Assembly (NCBI GenBank): GCA_965203445.1
Contig: OZ241883.1
Location: forward strand, 192,001 to 256,000
Direction of reading: 5' to 3'
DNA: 64,000 nt
Source of the DNA: Candidatus Oxydemutator sp.
GTDB lineage: Bacteria; Pseudomonadota; Gammaproteobacteria; Poriferisulfidales; Oxydemutatoraceae
In this document: positions 11,409-19,992 of the stretch, piece by piece
How positions within the stretch are numbered: the stretch's first letter is position 1
Layout: each line of letters begins with the position of its first letter
The notes under the pieces: generated by a model
Database searches by the model: none
Seen by the model: only the letters and a program-made list of their open reading frames with translations
What the model was told of the DNA's origin: nothing
Made by a program: the position numbers and the translations under genes

Positions 11409-12264
11409 ATCTTCCAGCTCTCTTTTCCATCAGTCTATGTTGCTTTTTCACTCCTTCCGAGATCGTAATCATGCGTTCATAAAAGCCCCGGTTGACCTCG
11501 ATTCCGATGGAGTTTCTGTTGAGCTCGCCCGCCGCTTCCAGGGTCGTGCCGGAACCGGCGAACGGATCAAGAACCATATCCCCTTCTTCGGTGAACAGCC
11601 GGATAAACCACGCCGGAAGAGACTTCGGGAACACCGCGCTATGTCCCTTGTTAGCGCACTCCGTGGCCATGTGCAGAACGTTCGTCGGGAACGCCCTGTC
11701 CCTGCCGATCCAGTTGGAAATTTTCTTGCCGAAACCGCTTCCGACCTTCGACTCGTCTCTTATTTTGTCCGTAGCGCTCAAATTTCTAAGCCGCTTCTTT
11801 GCCCACTCCCCGGTCGGCACCATCACCGATTCCTGATACATGTGGAATTTCTTGCTTTTGTTAAACTGCAACAGCCGCTCCCATGAATCCCTGAATCGGT
11901 TGGGCCACTTGCCCGGATAGCAATTTTTTTTGTGCCAGACAAATTCTTCCGTCCAGTGCCATCCTTGCTTGCGCATCGCCAATATGAGTTCGATGACGTA
12001 CGTGTGGCGTTCTCCACCCACGACTCTTTCCTTTATGTTGAGGATGAAGGTCCCGCTCGGTTTCAATACTCTCAAGAGGTGTTCGGAAATCGGCAGAAAC
12101 CATTCGACGTACCGCTCCGGGGCAACCCCGCCGTAGCTGTTTTTTCTCTGGTCGGCATAGGGGGGAGAGGTGATTATCAGGTCGACGGAATCGTCCTCGA
12201 TTTCCTCAAGCCTGCGCCGGCAATCTCCGAGCAGTATTCGGGGCGGCGCGCACGTGACTATCAT
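11389..12264 (-). CDS. site-specific DNA methyltransferase (beta-class, N4-C/N6-A)
   Basis: Motif IV TSPPY at the N-terminus; motif I LDPFAGSGTT at the C-terminus. Confidence 0.92.
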   Translation of the reverse strand: MIVTCAPPRILLGDCRRRLEEIEDDSVDLIITSPPYADQRKNSYGGVAPERYVEWFLPISEHLLRVLKPSGTFILNIKERVVGGERHTYVIELILAMRKQGWHWTEEFVWHKKNCYPGKWPNRFRDSWERLLQFNKSKKFHMYQESVMVPTGEWAKKRLRNLSATDKIRDESKVGSGFGKKISNWIGRDRAFPTNVLHMATECANKGHSAVFPKSLPAWFIRLFTEEGDMVLDPFAGSGTTLEAAGELNRNSIGIEVNRGFYERMITISEGVKKQHRLMEKRAGRYAQNHD

Positions 12265-12300
12265 CTCGGTATGATACGACCTTATGCGCCGGGTGGTGCC

Positions 12301-12855
12301 CTACGCCGATCCCAGGCGCAGAAAATTGCGGCGGTAGTGGCGCAGTTCCTCGATGGATCCGCGGATGTCGCTCAGGGCGCGGTGGCGGCTTTCTTCTTCC
12401 TTGCGCGCGACGATTTCCGGTTTCCAGCGCCGCGCCAGTTCCTTCAGCGTGCTGACGTCGAGGTTGCGGTAGTGAAAAAAACTTTCGAGTTCCGGCATCA
12501 GCCGCGCCAGGAAGCGCCGGTCCTGGCAGATGCTGTTGCCGCACATCGGCGACTTTCCGCGCACGGCGTGGCGCTTCAGGAAGTCTAGCGTGCGGCGCTC
12601 GGCCTCGGCGCAACTGACGCGGCTCGCGCGCACCTCTTCGACGAGGCCGGATGCGGTATGATGGTCGCGGTTCCACTGATTCATGCCGTCGAGAACGTCC
12701 TGCGGCTGATGGATCGCAAGCGCGGGACCTTCGACGGGATTTTCCAGATGTTTATCGGTTACCAGCGTCGCGATTTCGAGGATGGCGTCGGCAAAGGAAT
12801 CCAGCCCCGTCATCTCGAGATCCACCCACACCAGGTTGGATTCGTCCGGCTGCAT
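12301..12855 (-). CDS. orn: oligoribonuclease
   Basis: LVWVDLEMTGLD, CGNSICQDRRFL, FHYRNLDVSTLKELARRW, HRALSDI. Confidence 0.96.
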   Translation of the reverse strand: MQPDESNLVWVDLEMTGLDSFADAILEIATLVTDKHLENPVEGPALAIHQPQDVLDGMNQWNRDHHTASGLVEEVRASRVSCAEAERRTLDFLKRHAVRGKSPMCGNSICQDRRFLARLMPELESFFHYRNLDVSTLKELARRWKPEIVARKEEESRHRALSDIRGSIEELRHYRRNFLRLGSA

Positions 12856-12879
12856 GGGCGCCATTCTAACGGAAAACGC

Positions 12880-13173
12880 GGTCGCTGCGCGCTGCTGTTG
12901 GCGACGCTGTGCCTGGCCACGGTCGCGGCCGCGGAAGCCACGGCGCCGGCGCACTACCAGGCGTCCTGCGTCGCGTGTCACGCGCGCATGGTCGGCGGCG
13001 ACGGCGGCCTGCTCCACACCCGCCCCGACCGTCTCGCAAAAAATTACGCCGCGCTGCACGAGCGCGTCGTTTATTGCCAGAAGCAGCTGCGACTGCACTG
13101 GAGCGAGGCGCAGGTGCGGCGCACGGCGGACTACTTGAACGAGCGTTACTACCGTTATCCGCGTCCCGAATAG
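12880..13173 (+). CDS. small exported monoheme cytochrome c (start codon unclear)
   Basis: Signal-like KRGRCALLLATLCLATVAAAEA, CxxCH (CVACH), C-terminal YLNERYYRY; start coordinate approximate. Confidence 0.7.
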   Translation, partial: GRCALLLATLCLATVAAAEATAPAHYQASCVACHARMVGGDGGLLHTRPDRLAKNYAALHERVVYCQKQLRLHWSEAQVRRTADYLNERYYRYPRPE

Positions 13174-13252
13174 CGACGGCGCGGCGCCGGCGTCCCGCGC
13201 GCGGCGCGCCCACGGTCGTCCACGGTCGCCCGGGCACAGCACCTGCAAAGCG

Positions 13253-14416
13253 TCACGGCGGCTCGGCGCCCTCGTTCAAGATCGACAGATAGCGGTCATA
13301 GGCGAACACGCGGCCGCGCTTTTTGCCCGTGATTTCACGCACCATTCGGTGCTCGAGCAGCAATTGCAGCACCGCGGCGACGGTCGTAGTGGAAAGCCTC
13401 GTGCGCCGGCATATCCGGGACGGAGACAGGAGCGGGCGCCTCATAAACGCCGCATGCACGCGCAAGGCCGAACCGGCGCGGCGGCCCTGCCGCTGTATCC
13501 ATGCCCGATCCGACTCGAACGTCTCCGACAAGCGACGCGCCGTGGCCACCGCGTTCTCCGCGGTCTCCCTTACCCCCTCGAGGAAAAAAGCAAGCCACGC
13601 TTCCCAGTCGCCGGTGCCGCGCACGTGCATCAGCAGGTCATAGTAGGTGCTTCTGTGCTGCTTGAAGTACAGGCTCAAATACAACAGCGGTTCGGGCAAC
13701 AAGCCGGCCTGGTACAACTGAAGCGTCGTCAACAGCCTGCCGATACGCCCGTTCCCGTCGAGGAACGGGTGTATCGTCTCGAACTGCACGTGCGCAAGCC
13801 CGGCCCGCACCAGTGTGGGCAACTCGTCGCCATCGGCATGGAGAAAGCGCTCGAACGCGGCCATGCACTCGGGCACCTCGGTGTGCGGCGGCGGCACAAA
13901 GGCCGCGTTGCCGGGCCGCGAGCCGCCGATCCAGTTCTGCGACGTGCGGAACTCCCCCGGCGCTTTGTCGCTGCCGCGCCCGTGCGACAGCAAGACGCCG
14001 TGAATTTCCCGGATCAGGCGGTTGCACAACGGAAAACCGTCCGCCAGACGACGCAGGCCATGCTCCAACGCCGCCACGTAGTTGGAGACCTCGACGACGT
14101 CGTCGAACGGAACGCCGGGCGTTTCCTCCAGCTCATAGAGCAGGAGATCGGACAACGACGACTGCGTTCCCTCTATTTGCGAGGAAAACACCGCCTCCTT
14201 ACGCACGTAAGTGTAGAGAAAAAGTTCCGGGTCGGGCAGCAGCGGCGAAACCGCGCCAAGCCCGCCGACGGCAACCGCCGCCGACTCGAGCGCCCGTTGC
14301 AGCGGGCCGCCCAGAACGAGGGGAGGCACGGGTGGAAGCGGTGCCGGGACGCAGGTACGGACAAGTTCGTCGCCGACGTTCATAGTCCGGTATCCTCCGT
14401 TTTCGCCACGTCGCAT
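13253..14416 (-). CDS. Fic family protein (class II-like, C-terminal HTH-like region)
   Basis: Catalytic HPFLDGNGRIGR; inhibitory motif SSQIEG N-terminal to it; GGAG RBS before ATG 14416. Confidence 0.93.
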   Translation of the reverse strand: MRRGENGGYRTMNVGDELVRTCVPAPLPPVPPLVLGGPLQRALESAAVAVGGLGAVSPLLPDPELFLYTYVRKEAVFSSQIEGTQSSLSDLLLYELEETPGVPFDDVVEVSNYVAALEHGLRRLADGFPLCNRLIREIHGVLLSHGRGSDKAPGEFRTSQNWIGGSRPGNAAFVPPPHTEVPECMAAFERFLHADGDELPTLVRAGLAHVQFETIHPFLDGNGRIGRLLTTLQLYQAGLLPEPLLYLSLYFKQHRSTYYDLLMHVRGTGDWEAWLAFFLEGVRETAENAVATARRLSETFESDRAWIQRQGRRAGSALRVHAAFMRRPLLSPSRICRRTRLSTTTVAAVLQLLLEHRMVREITGKKRGRVFAYDRYLSILNEGAEPP

Positions 14417-14463
14417 AGCAAAGATCTCCTGATAAGGGTTCAAGGCTTTTCTCTATTCAAAGC

Positions 14464-14680
14464 CTTCCACTGATTCGAATATTGGAATAAGGGATTCCGT
14501 TATTAAGTTTTCATAGTTGAAAGTTTAATAAGGGCTTCCACTAATCCAGTATCTTGAATAGCGTATTCTACTATTAAGTTCTCATGACTTAAAGTTTAAT
14601 AAGGGCTTCCACTAATCCAGAATGTGGAATAAGAGAGTTCGCTATTACACTTTAAGATATTAAAATTGAGTAACAGCACC
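14464..14680. repeat. AT-rich tandem array of three ~71-bp units upstream of fic
   Basis: CTTCCACT at 14464, 14535 and 14606; identical 30-mer AAAGTTTAATAAGGGCTTCCACTAATCCAG at 14520 and 14591. Confidence 0.85.
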
Positions 14681-14717
14681 GATAATATATCCTAATATAT
14701 GTGAATTCCCCTCCCCC

Positions 14718-15914
14718 TCAACCCAGCACCCGCACGTATTCCTCCATACTGATCACCCCGTCGCGCAGCAGTTTCAGCCCGGATTGCTCCAGACTCGACA
14801 GGCGTCGCGCGTTGATCAGCGTGTTCGCCTCGGCCGGTGCTTTGCCGTAGCCGGTGACGGCGCGGCGCAAATCGTCGTCCATCGCCACCATCTCGTACAC
14901 CGCGCAACGCCCGGCGTAGCCGGTGTCGCGGCAATGCGCGCAGCCGCGGCCTCGGTAGAGCGGCACGTCGCCTATGGATTGCGCCAGCGGCGGCGCCTCG
15001 GACGCGGCCTGCGCTTCCTTGCAGTGCGGGCAGATTTTGCGCACCAGGCGCTGCGACACCACTATGGTGAGCGCCGCACCCACCAGGTATTCCGGCAGGC
15101 CGACGTTGATCAGGCGCGTGATCGTGCCGGCGACGTTGCCGGTGTGCAAGGTGCTCATGACCAGGTGGCCGGTCAGCCCGGCCTTGAGGGCGACGTCGGC
15201 GGTCTCGAAATCGCGGATCTCGCCGACCAGGATGACTTCCGGATCCTGGCGCAGAAACGCGCGCAGCGCGTCGGCGAAACCGAGCCCGATCTGCTCGCGC
15301 ACCTCGACCTGGTTGATGCCCTCGATGCGCCGCTCGACCGGATCCTCGGCCGTCAGGATGCTGACGTCCTCGCCGTTCAGCTCGCGCAGCGCCGCGTACA
15401 GCGTCGTCGTCTTGCCGCTGCCGGTCGGCCCGGTGACGAGTATCAGACCCTGGCTCATGCGCAGCGCGCGCCGGAACAGCGCGAGTTCGCGCGCGCCCAT
15501 GCCAAGGTTGTCCAGCGCCGAGTCGAAACCGCCGCTGTCCAGGATACGCAGCACGATGCGCTCGCCCGAGATCAGCGGCACCACGGACACGCGCACGTCG
15601 GCGGTGCCGCGCTCGCAGGCGAACGAGAAGCGCCCGTCCTGCGGCAGGCGCCGGTCGGCGATGTCCAGCCCGGCGAGCAGCTTGACGCGCGTCGACACGC
15701 TGGCGTATTCGTCGAACAAAAACGCGCCGGTCTCTATCTCGCGCAGCACGCCGTCCAGGCGATAGCGCAGGCGCGCGCGGCTCTCGTATTTTTCGAGGTG
15801 CGCGTCGCTGGCGCCGAACGAGACCGCCTGGCGCAGCATGCGCTCGACGAACACCACCGCCGACGTCTGCCCGGTCAACGCCGGACGCCGCGCGCCCTCG
15901 CCCGGCGCGCTCAA
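14718..15914 (-). CDS. GspE/PilB-family assembly ATPase (short N-terminus)
   Basis: ASDAHLE, RRLPQDG, GPTGSGKTT, EDPVE, LRQDPEVILVGEIRD, CPHC...CAHC. Confidence 0.92.
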   Translation of the reverse strand: MSAPGEGARRPALTGQTSAVVFVERMLRQAVSFGASDAHLEKYESRARLRYRLDGVLREIETGAFLFDEYASVSTRVKLLAGLDIADRRLPQDGRFSFACERGTADVRVSVVPLISGERIVLRILDSGGFDSALDNLGMGARELALFRRALRMSQGLILVTGPTGSGKTTTLYAALRELNGEDVSILTAEDPVERRIEGINQVEVREQIGLGFADALRAFLRQDPEVILVGEIRDFETADVALKAGLTGHLVMSTLHTGNVAGTITRLINVGLPEYLVGAALTIVVSQRLVRKICPHCKEAQAASEAPPLAQSIGDVPLYRGRGCAHCRDTGYAGRCAVYEMVAMDDDLRRAVTGYGKAPAEANTLINARRLSSLEQSGLKLLRDGVISMEEYVRVLG

Positions 15915-17359
15915 CGCACGATCTCCGGCAGGATGAACACCATCAGTTCGCGCACGTCGCGCCGCGCCCTGGTGTCGCGAAACAGTCCGCCGACCAGCGG
16001 CAGTTCCCCGGCGACCGGCACGCGGCCTTGCGCGTCCACGCGCGTGTCCAGGCGGATGCCGCCGATGACCACCATGTCGCCGTCGGCGACGAGCAGGCGG
16101 CTTGCGATTTCGCGGCGCGTGATCGGCGGGTTCGGCACGCGGACGTCCACCGTGTCCTTGTTGATCTCGACGTCGAGCAGCAGATGGTCGTCGTCTATCA
16201 CCGACGGCGTCACCGCCAGGCGCAGCCCGGCCTGCTTGAACTCGGTGCGCGTGCCGTCCTGGGAGACCGTCTGGTAGGGAATTTCATCTCCCTGGAAAAT
16301 CACCGCCTGCCGGTTGTCGAGCGTGAACACCCTGGGGTTCGATATGATGCGGCTTTTGCCCTCGTTTTCGAGCGCCGTCAACTCGAGGCGGATGCGCGAC
16401 TTGCCGAAACGCAGGCCGAGGCCGGTGGCGGCGCCCGCCGCCGGCAGGTTCACGAACGCGCCGTCGGCGCCGCCGACCGCGCCATAGACGCGCGGCAGGC
16501 GTCCGGGCGCGGCGTCGCGCGCCAAGCGCGCGCCCAAATTGCGCTGGAAGTCCTCGCCGGCCTCGACGATGAACGCCTCGATCAGCACCTGCCGGTGGCG
16601 CGTATCGAGTTCCCGGATCAACGACGCGGCCAGCGCGACGTCGCGGCGGCCGCCCTTGACGATGACCGCCTGGCTGCGCTCGTCGCTGACGACCACGGTG
16701 CCCTTGCGGCCCTTGCCGCCCTGGCGCTCGAACAGCGCGTCTAACAGTGGCTTGACCTCGGCCGGGCGCGCGAAACGCAGCCGAAACATCTCCACCTGCC
16801 CCGGTTCTTCGGCGCGCGCCGCAGCGCCCGGCGCGGCGTCGCCACCCGCGCGCAGAGCGATCAGACGCGCCGGCTCCCGCTCGTGCACGACCAGGCCGTG
16901 CATACCGGCGACGGTCGCCAGCGCGTCGCGCCAAGCCACCGCGTCAAGACGCAGGTGCAGCGCCGCCTCGGCAGCGGCGTCGGCGACGACGTTGTAGCCG
17001 CTCGCGCGCGACAACATGCGCGCGAACACCGGCAGCGGCAATCCCGCGGCGCGCAGCACCATCGGCGCCGAGGCGGTGACCGCACGCGGCGCCACGGCCG
17101 GCAGGATCGTGACGCGCTCCTCGAAGCTCCCCGGTCGCGCGCGCGGCGGCACCGGCACGCGCGTGCCCGGGGTGTCCAGGAGTTCGCGCGTGAATTGCCG
17201 CTCGTCTATCAGGTAGCGCGGCGCCGCCGGCGCGTCGTGTTGCAGCGGTGAACAGGCGACGCACGCGGCGCCGACGATCACGCAGGCGCAGGCGCGGAGC
17301 AGGAACGTCGAGACCGGCCCGGCCGACGGGCCTCGCCAAAAACCGGAACGCGCAGTCAT
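15911..17359 (-). CDS. secretin (PilQ/GspD family)
   Basis: QVLIEAFIVE, SNPRVFTLDN, GDEIPYQT, GLRLAVTP, ELMVFILPEIV. Confidence 0.88.
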   Translation of the reverse strand: MTARSGFWRGPSAGPVSTFLLRACACVIVGAACVACSPLQHDAPAAPRYLIDERQFTRELLDTPGTRVPVPPRARPGSFEERVTILPAVAPRAVTASAPMVLRAAGLPLPVFARMLSRASGYNVVADAAAEAALHLRLDAVAWRDALATVAGMHGLVVHEREPARLIALRAGGDAAPGAAARAEEPGQVEMFRLRFARPAEVKPLLDALFERQGGKGRKGTVVVSDERSQAVIVKGGRRDVALAASLIRELDTRHRQVLIEAFIVEAGEDFQRNLGARLARDAAPGRLPRVYGAVGGADGAFVNLPAAGAATGLGLRFGKSRIRLELTALENEGKSRIISNPRVFTLDNRQAVIFQGDEIPYQTVSQDGTRTEFKQAGLRLAVTPSVIDDDHLLLDVEINKDTVDVRVPNPPITRREIASRLLVADGDMVVIGGIRLDTRVDAQGRVPVAGELPLVGGLFRDTRARRDVRELMVFILPEIVR

Positions 17360-17372
17360 GCCGGCGTGCCGT

Positions 17373-17720
17373 TCAAAACGCGGCCGGCAGGGGACGGATA
17401 CCGCCCGCGGTGCGCACGTCGACGCCGGCCTCGGTGATCCGCGCCACCTCGCCGCGGTCGCGCCCGATGGTGTCGCCCACGCGCACGACGTGGAACTCCC
17501 CGTCGGGCGTCTGCAAGGCCGCGAGCGCGTGCCCGCGCAGCAGCAAAACGCCGCGCACCGTGTAGCGCTCAAGCGCGTAGCCGCGCGGCGCGGCGGCGGG
17601 CGGCGGCTCGTCGGCGACAAAAGGGTCGCGCGCCGGCTGCGCCCGAAGAGGGTCGTCGCAGGCACAGGCCAGCAGCGCGACGCAAACCAGGCGAACGACG
17701 CGAAAGGAGAAGGGACGCAC
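17373..17720 (-). CDS. PilP-like lipoprotein
   Basis: Lipobox-like LLACAC, RDPF, TPDG..VRVGDTIG..GEVARIT; directly upstream of the secretin. Confidence 0.7.
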   Translation of the reverse strand: MRPFSFRVVRLVCVALLACACDDPLRAQPARDPFVADEPPPAAAPRGYALERYTVRGVLLLRGHALAALQTPDGEFHVVRVGDTIGRDRGEVARITEAGVDVRTAGGIRPLPAAF

Positions 17721-17722
17721 GT

Positions 17723-18310
17723 CTAAGAGTCCTCCACGCCGTCGAAGCGGTAAAAAGAAAGCGTCAGATCGGCCGCCAGGCCGTCGCCGTCGCCATGCGT
17801 CAGGCGTTCGCCGGCGACGTGCACGATGACCGGGCGATAGGCCGCCAGGGCGCGCTTGAACGCCAGGTAATCGAAGTAGGCGCCGTGCAGTTTCCAGGTC
17901 GCGCGCGCGTGCGCGAACGGCGCCGTGGCCGCGTCCCACGCGGCCGCGACGTCCATGCCGACCACGCGCATGCGGCAGTCGCGCGCCAGGCGGTTCAGAT
18001 CCCGGTGCACCTCGCGCAGCGGCACGTCGGCGCGCAGTTCACGCACCAGCGACAACGCCGCGGACCGCGCCGCGTCCGCGGCTTGCGCGGCCTCGCGGTG
18101 GCGCCGTTCGGCCGCGGCGGCGCGCGCCACAACCTGCGGTATCGCGGCGGCCGCGGCGCGTATGCGTTCGTTGGCGACCGCCGCCGGGCGCACGAAACCG
18201 AAAAAATAAACCGCCAGCAGGAGCGTGCAGAGCGCCGCCGACAGCGCCGGCGGAGTCAGCCACCGACGCACGCCGGGCGGCACCGAGACGACAGCGGGCA
18301 GGCGCCTCAT
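17723..18310 (-). CDS. PilO-like alignment protein
   Basis: N-terminal TM, coiled coil, LHGAYFDYLAF; positional context. Confidence 0.55.
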   Translation of the reverse strand: MRRLPAVVSVPPGVRRWLTPPALSAALCTLLLAVYFFGFVRPAAVANERIRAAAAAIPQVVARAAAAERRHREAAQAADAARSAALSLVRELRADVPLREVHRDLNRLARDCRMRVVGMDVAAAWDAATAPFAHARATWKLHGAYFDYLAFKRALAAYRPVIVHVAGERLTHGDGDGLAADLTLSFYRFDGVEDS

Positions 18311-19821
18311 GCGGCCTTCGCCCCCTCGTCTATCGTACATTCGATTTCAAAGCGCTTGGCGCCGCCGGCGCCCCCCGGAGAAACGCCGTCTATCGTGACC
18401 TTGCGAATGCCCTCGGTATTTTCGAGGCGTTCGGCAAAAGCCGCGATGGCCTCGTACGACGGCGCGATTCCGGTCAGGCGGCAGCGCGCGGGCGACGCGC
18501 AGTCGAGCCGCTCCAGACGCAGGCCGCCCGCGACCGCGAGGCCCAGGTTCTCGAGCAGGCGCGGGATACGCTCCTGGCGCCCGAACAAGTCGCCCGCGGC
18601 GGCGCGCATCTTGCTCCAGCGCACGAGCCGGCGCTCGGCGGCCTCGGCGGCCTCGGCGTGGCGGCGGTGCTCGGCGTCGAGCGCCGCGTGGCGCTCGGCG
18701 TGCGCGGCCAACGCGAAGCTTTGCGTATGCAGTTCCCGCTGCCACGCCGCGAGCGCCAGCGCCAGCGCCAGCGACACCAGACAATACGCCGCCGCGGCGC
18801 GGTAATCCGGTGCCTCGCGCACGACGAAGCCGGCCGGCGCCGGACGCCGTGCGGCGACCAGCCTCGCCGGCAGGGAAGCCGGGCGCGGCGCGACCTCGGT
18901 GCGCCAGCGCGCGAGCGCCAACGCGCGGCTCAGTGAATGATCGAGGTTCGCGTCGGCGTCGGCACCGACGGCGACCGGCGCCAGGCGAACGCCGGGCAAC
19001 AACGGGCGCAACGACGCCAAGCGCGCCTCGCATACCTTCGAGTCGAGCGTCGTGGCAAGCTCGAGCGCGGCCGCCGCGGCCGCTTGCGGCGCCCGTGCGG
19101 CGCATCCCCGCAACTCGGCGGCCAGGCGACCCAGCGCCGGTTTCAACGCGGCTTCATCGGCCCGCCCGTCCAGGATCAGGCGCCGATCGGCGGCGCCGAT
19201 CTCGAGCGCACTCAGATCGAAGGCGCGCGCGGCGAAGCACGCGACGTAGGCGTCGCACTCGTCGAGCACCAGAAAACGGCGCGGCTTCCCGCAAGCGAGC
19301 GCGGCGTAGTAATAATCGAGACACGCAAGCCCGACGACGCGCAAGCGCGCCCCGGTGGCGCGCGCGGCGGCGAACAACTCGTGACAGAAAGCGACTTCTT
19401 CCTTGGGCGCCACCATCAGCAATAGCGAGACGCGGCGCGACGCGGCGTCGCGCGACGTGACCTGCCAGGCGAGTTCGTGCGTGCCCGAGGTCACGCCGAA
19501 ATGCCTGCGCCACAACTGCGCGCCGGCGACGACGCGCCTGAGCTCGCGCGATTTCATCCACGGCAGCGTCACGATCGAAGCGCGGCCGCGGCTGTACGGC
19601 AGCGTCGTCACGCAGCCGCCGCCGCGGACGCCGGCGTCGCCCAGGCATCGCGCCAGCGCCGCGCCGCACTCCCGCGCGCACTCGCGCATCCGTTCCCAAT
19701 CGGCGTAACCCAGCGGCGCGTGTGCCGCCGCCAGAACCCGCCGCCCGCGACGATCCACGCGCACGACGCGAATCGCCGACGGCGACAATGCGACCCCGAT
19801 GCTGTCTTCCGTTTGTGCCAC
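18307..19821 (-). CDS. PilM-PilN-like fusion protein
   Basis: N-terminal actin-like start (SIGVALSPSAIRVV), internal TM, coiled coil, PilN-like LTGIAPSYEAIAAFAERLE. Confidence 0.55.
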   Translation of the reverse strand: MAQTEDSIGVALSPSAIRVVRVDRRGRRVLAAAHAPLGYADWERMRECARECGAALARCLGDAGVRGGGCVTTLPYSRGRASIVTLPWMKSRELRRVVAGAQLWRRHFGVTSGTHELAWQVTSRDAASRRVSLLLMVAPKEEVAFCHELFAAARATGARLRVVGLACLDYYYAALACGKPRRFLVLDECDAYVACFAARAFDLSALEIGAADRRLILDGRADEAALKPALGRLAAELRGCAARAPQAAAAAALELATTLDSKVCEARLASLRPLLPGVRLAPVAVGADADANLDHSLSRALALARWRTEVAPRPASLPARLVAARRPAPAGFVVREAPDYRAAAAYCLVSLALALALAAWQRELHTQSFALAAHAERHAALDAEHRRHAEAAEAAERRLVRWSKMRAAAGDLFGRQERIPRLLENLGLAVAGGLRLERLDCASPARCRLTGIAPSYEAIAAFAERLENTEGIRKVTIDGVSPGGAGGAKRFEIECTIDEGAKAA

Positions 19822-19992
19822 GTCCGCGCCTCCGAGAGCAGTCTCGCGCGGCGCGGCGCGCGCGCCGCAATTTCACGGACGAACGCGCGCAAATAGCCGA
19901 CGAACAGCAGGCCCGGGCGCCGCCGGGCGCGGGCGCCGCGCAAGACTCGCGCGAACGAACAATACCGGAAACGGCACAGCGGGCGCCGGTCG

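Noticed and set aside
14464-14680. CRISPR array (30-bp repeat, 41-bp spacer)
   Set aside because: The putative spacers are homologous to each other, there are only two exact repeats, and no cas genes are present; treated as a tandem repeat.
15911-17665. 584-aa PilP-secretin fusion
   Set aside because: The PilP-like sequence is in a different frame; the secretin more plausibly starts at 17359.
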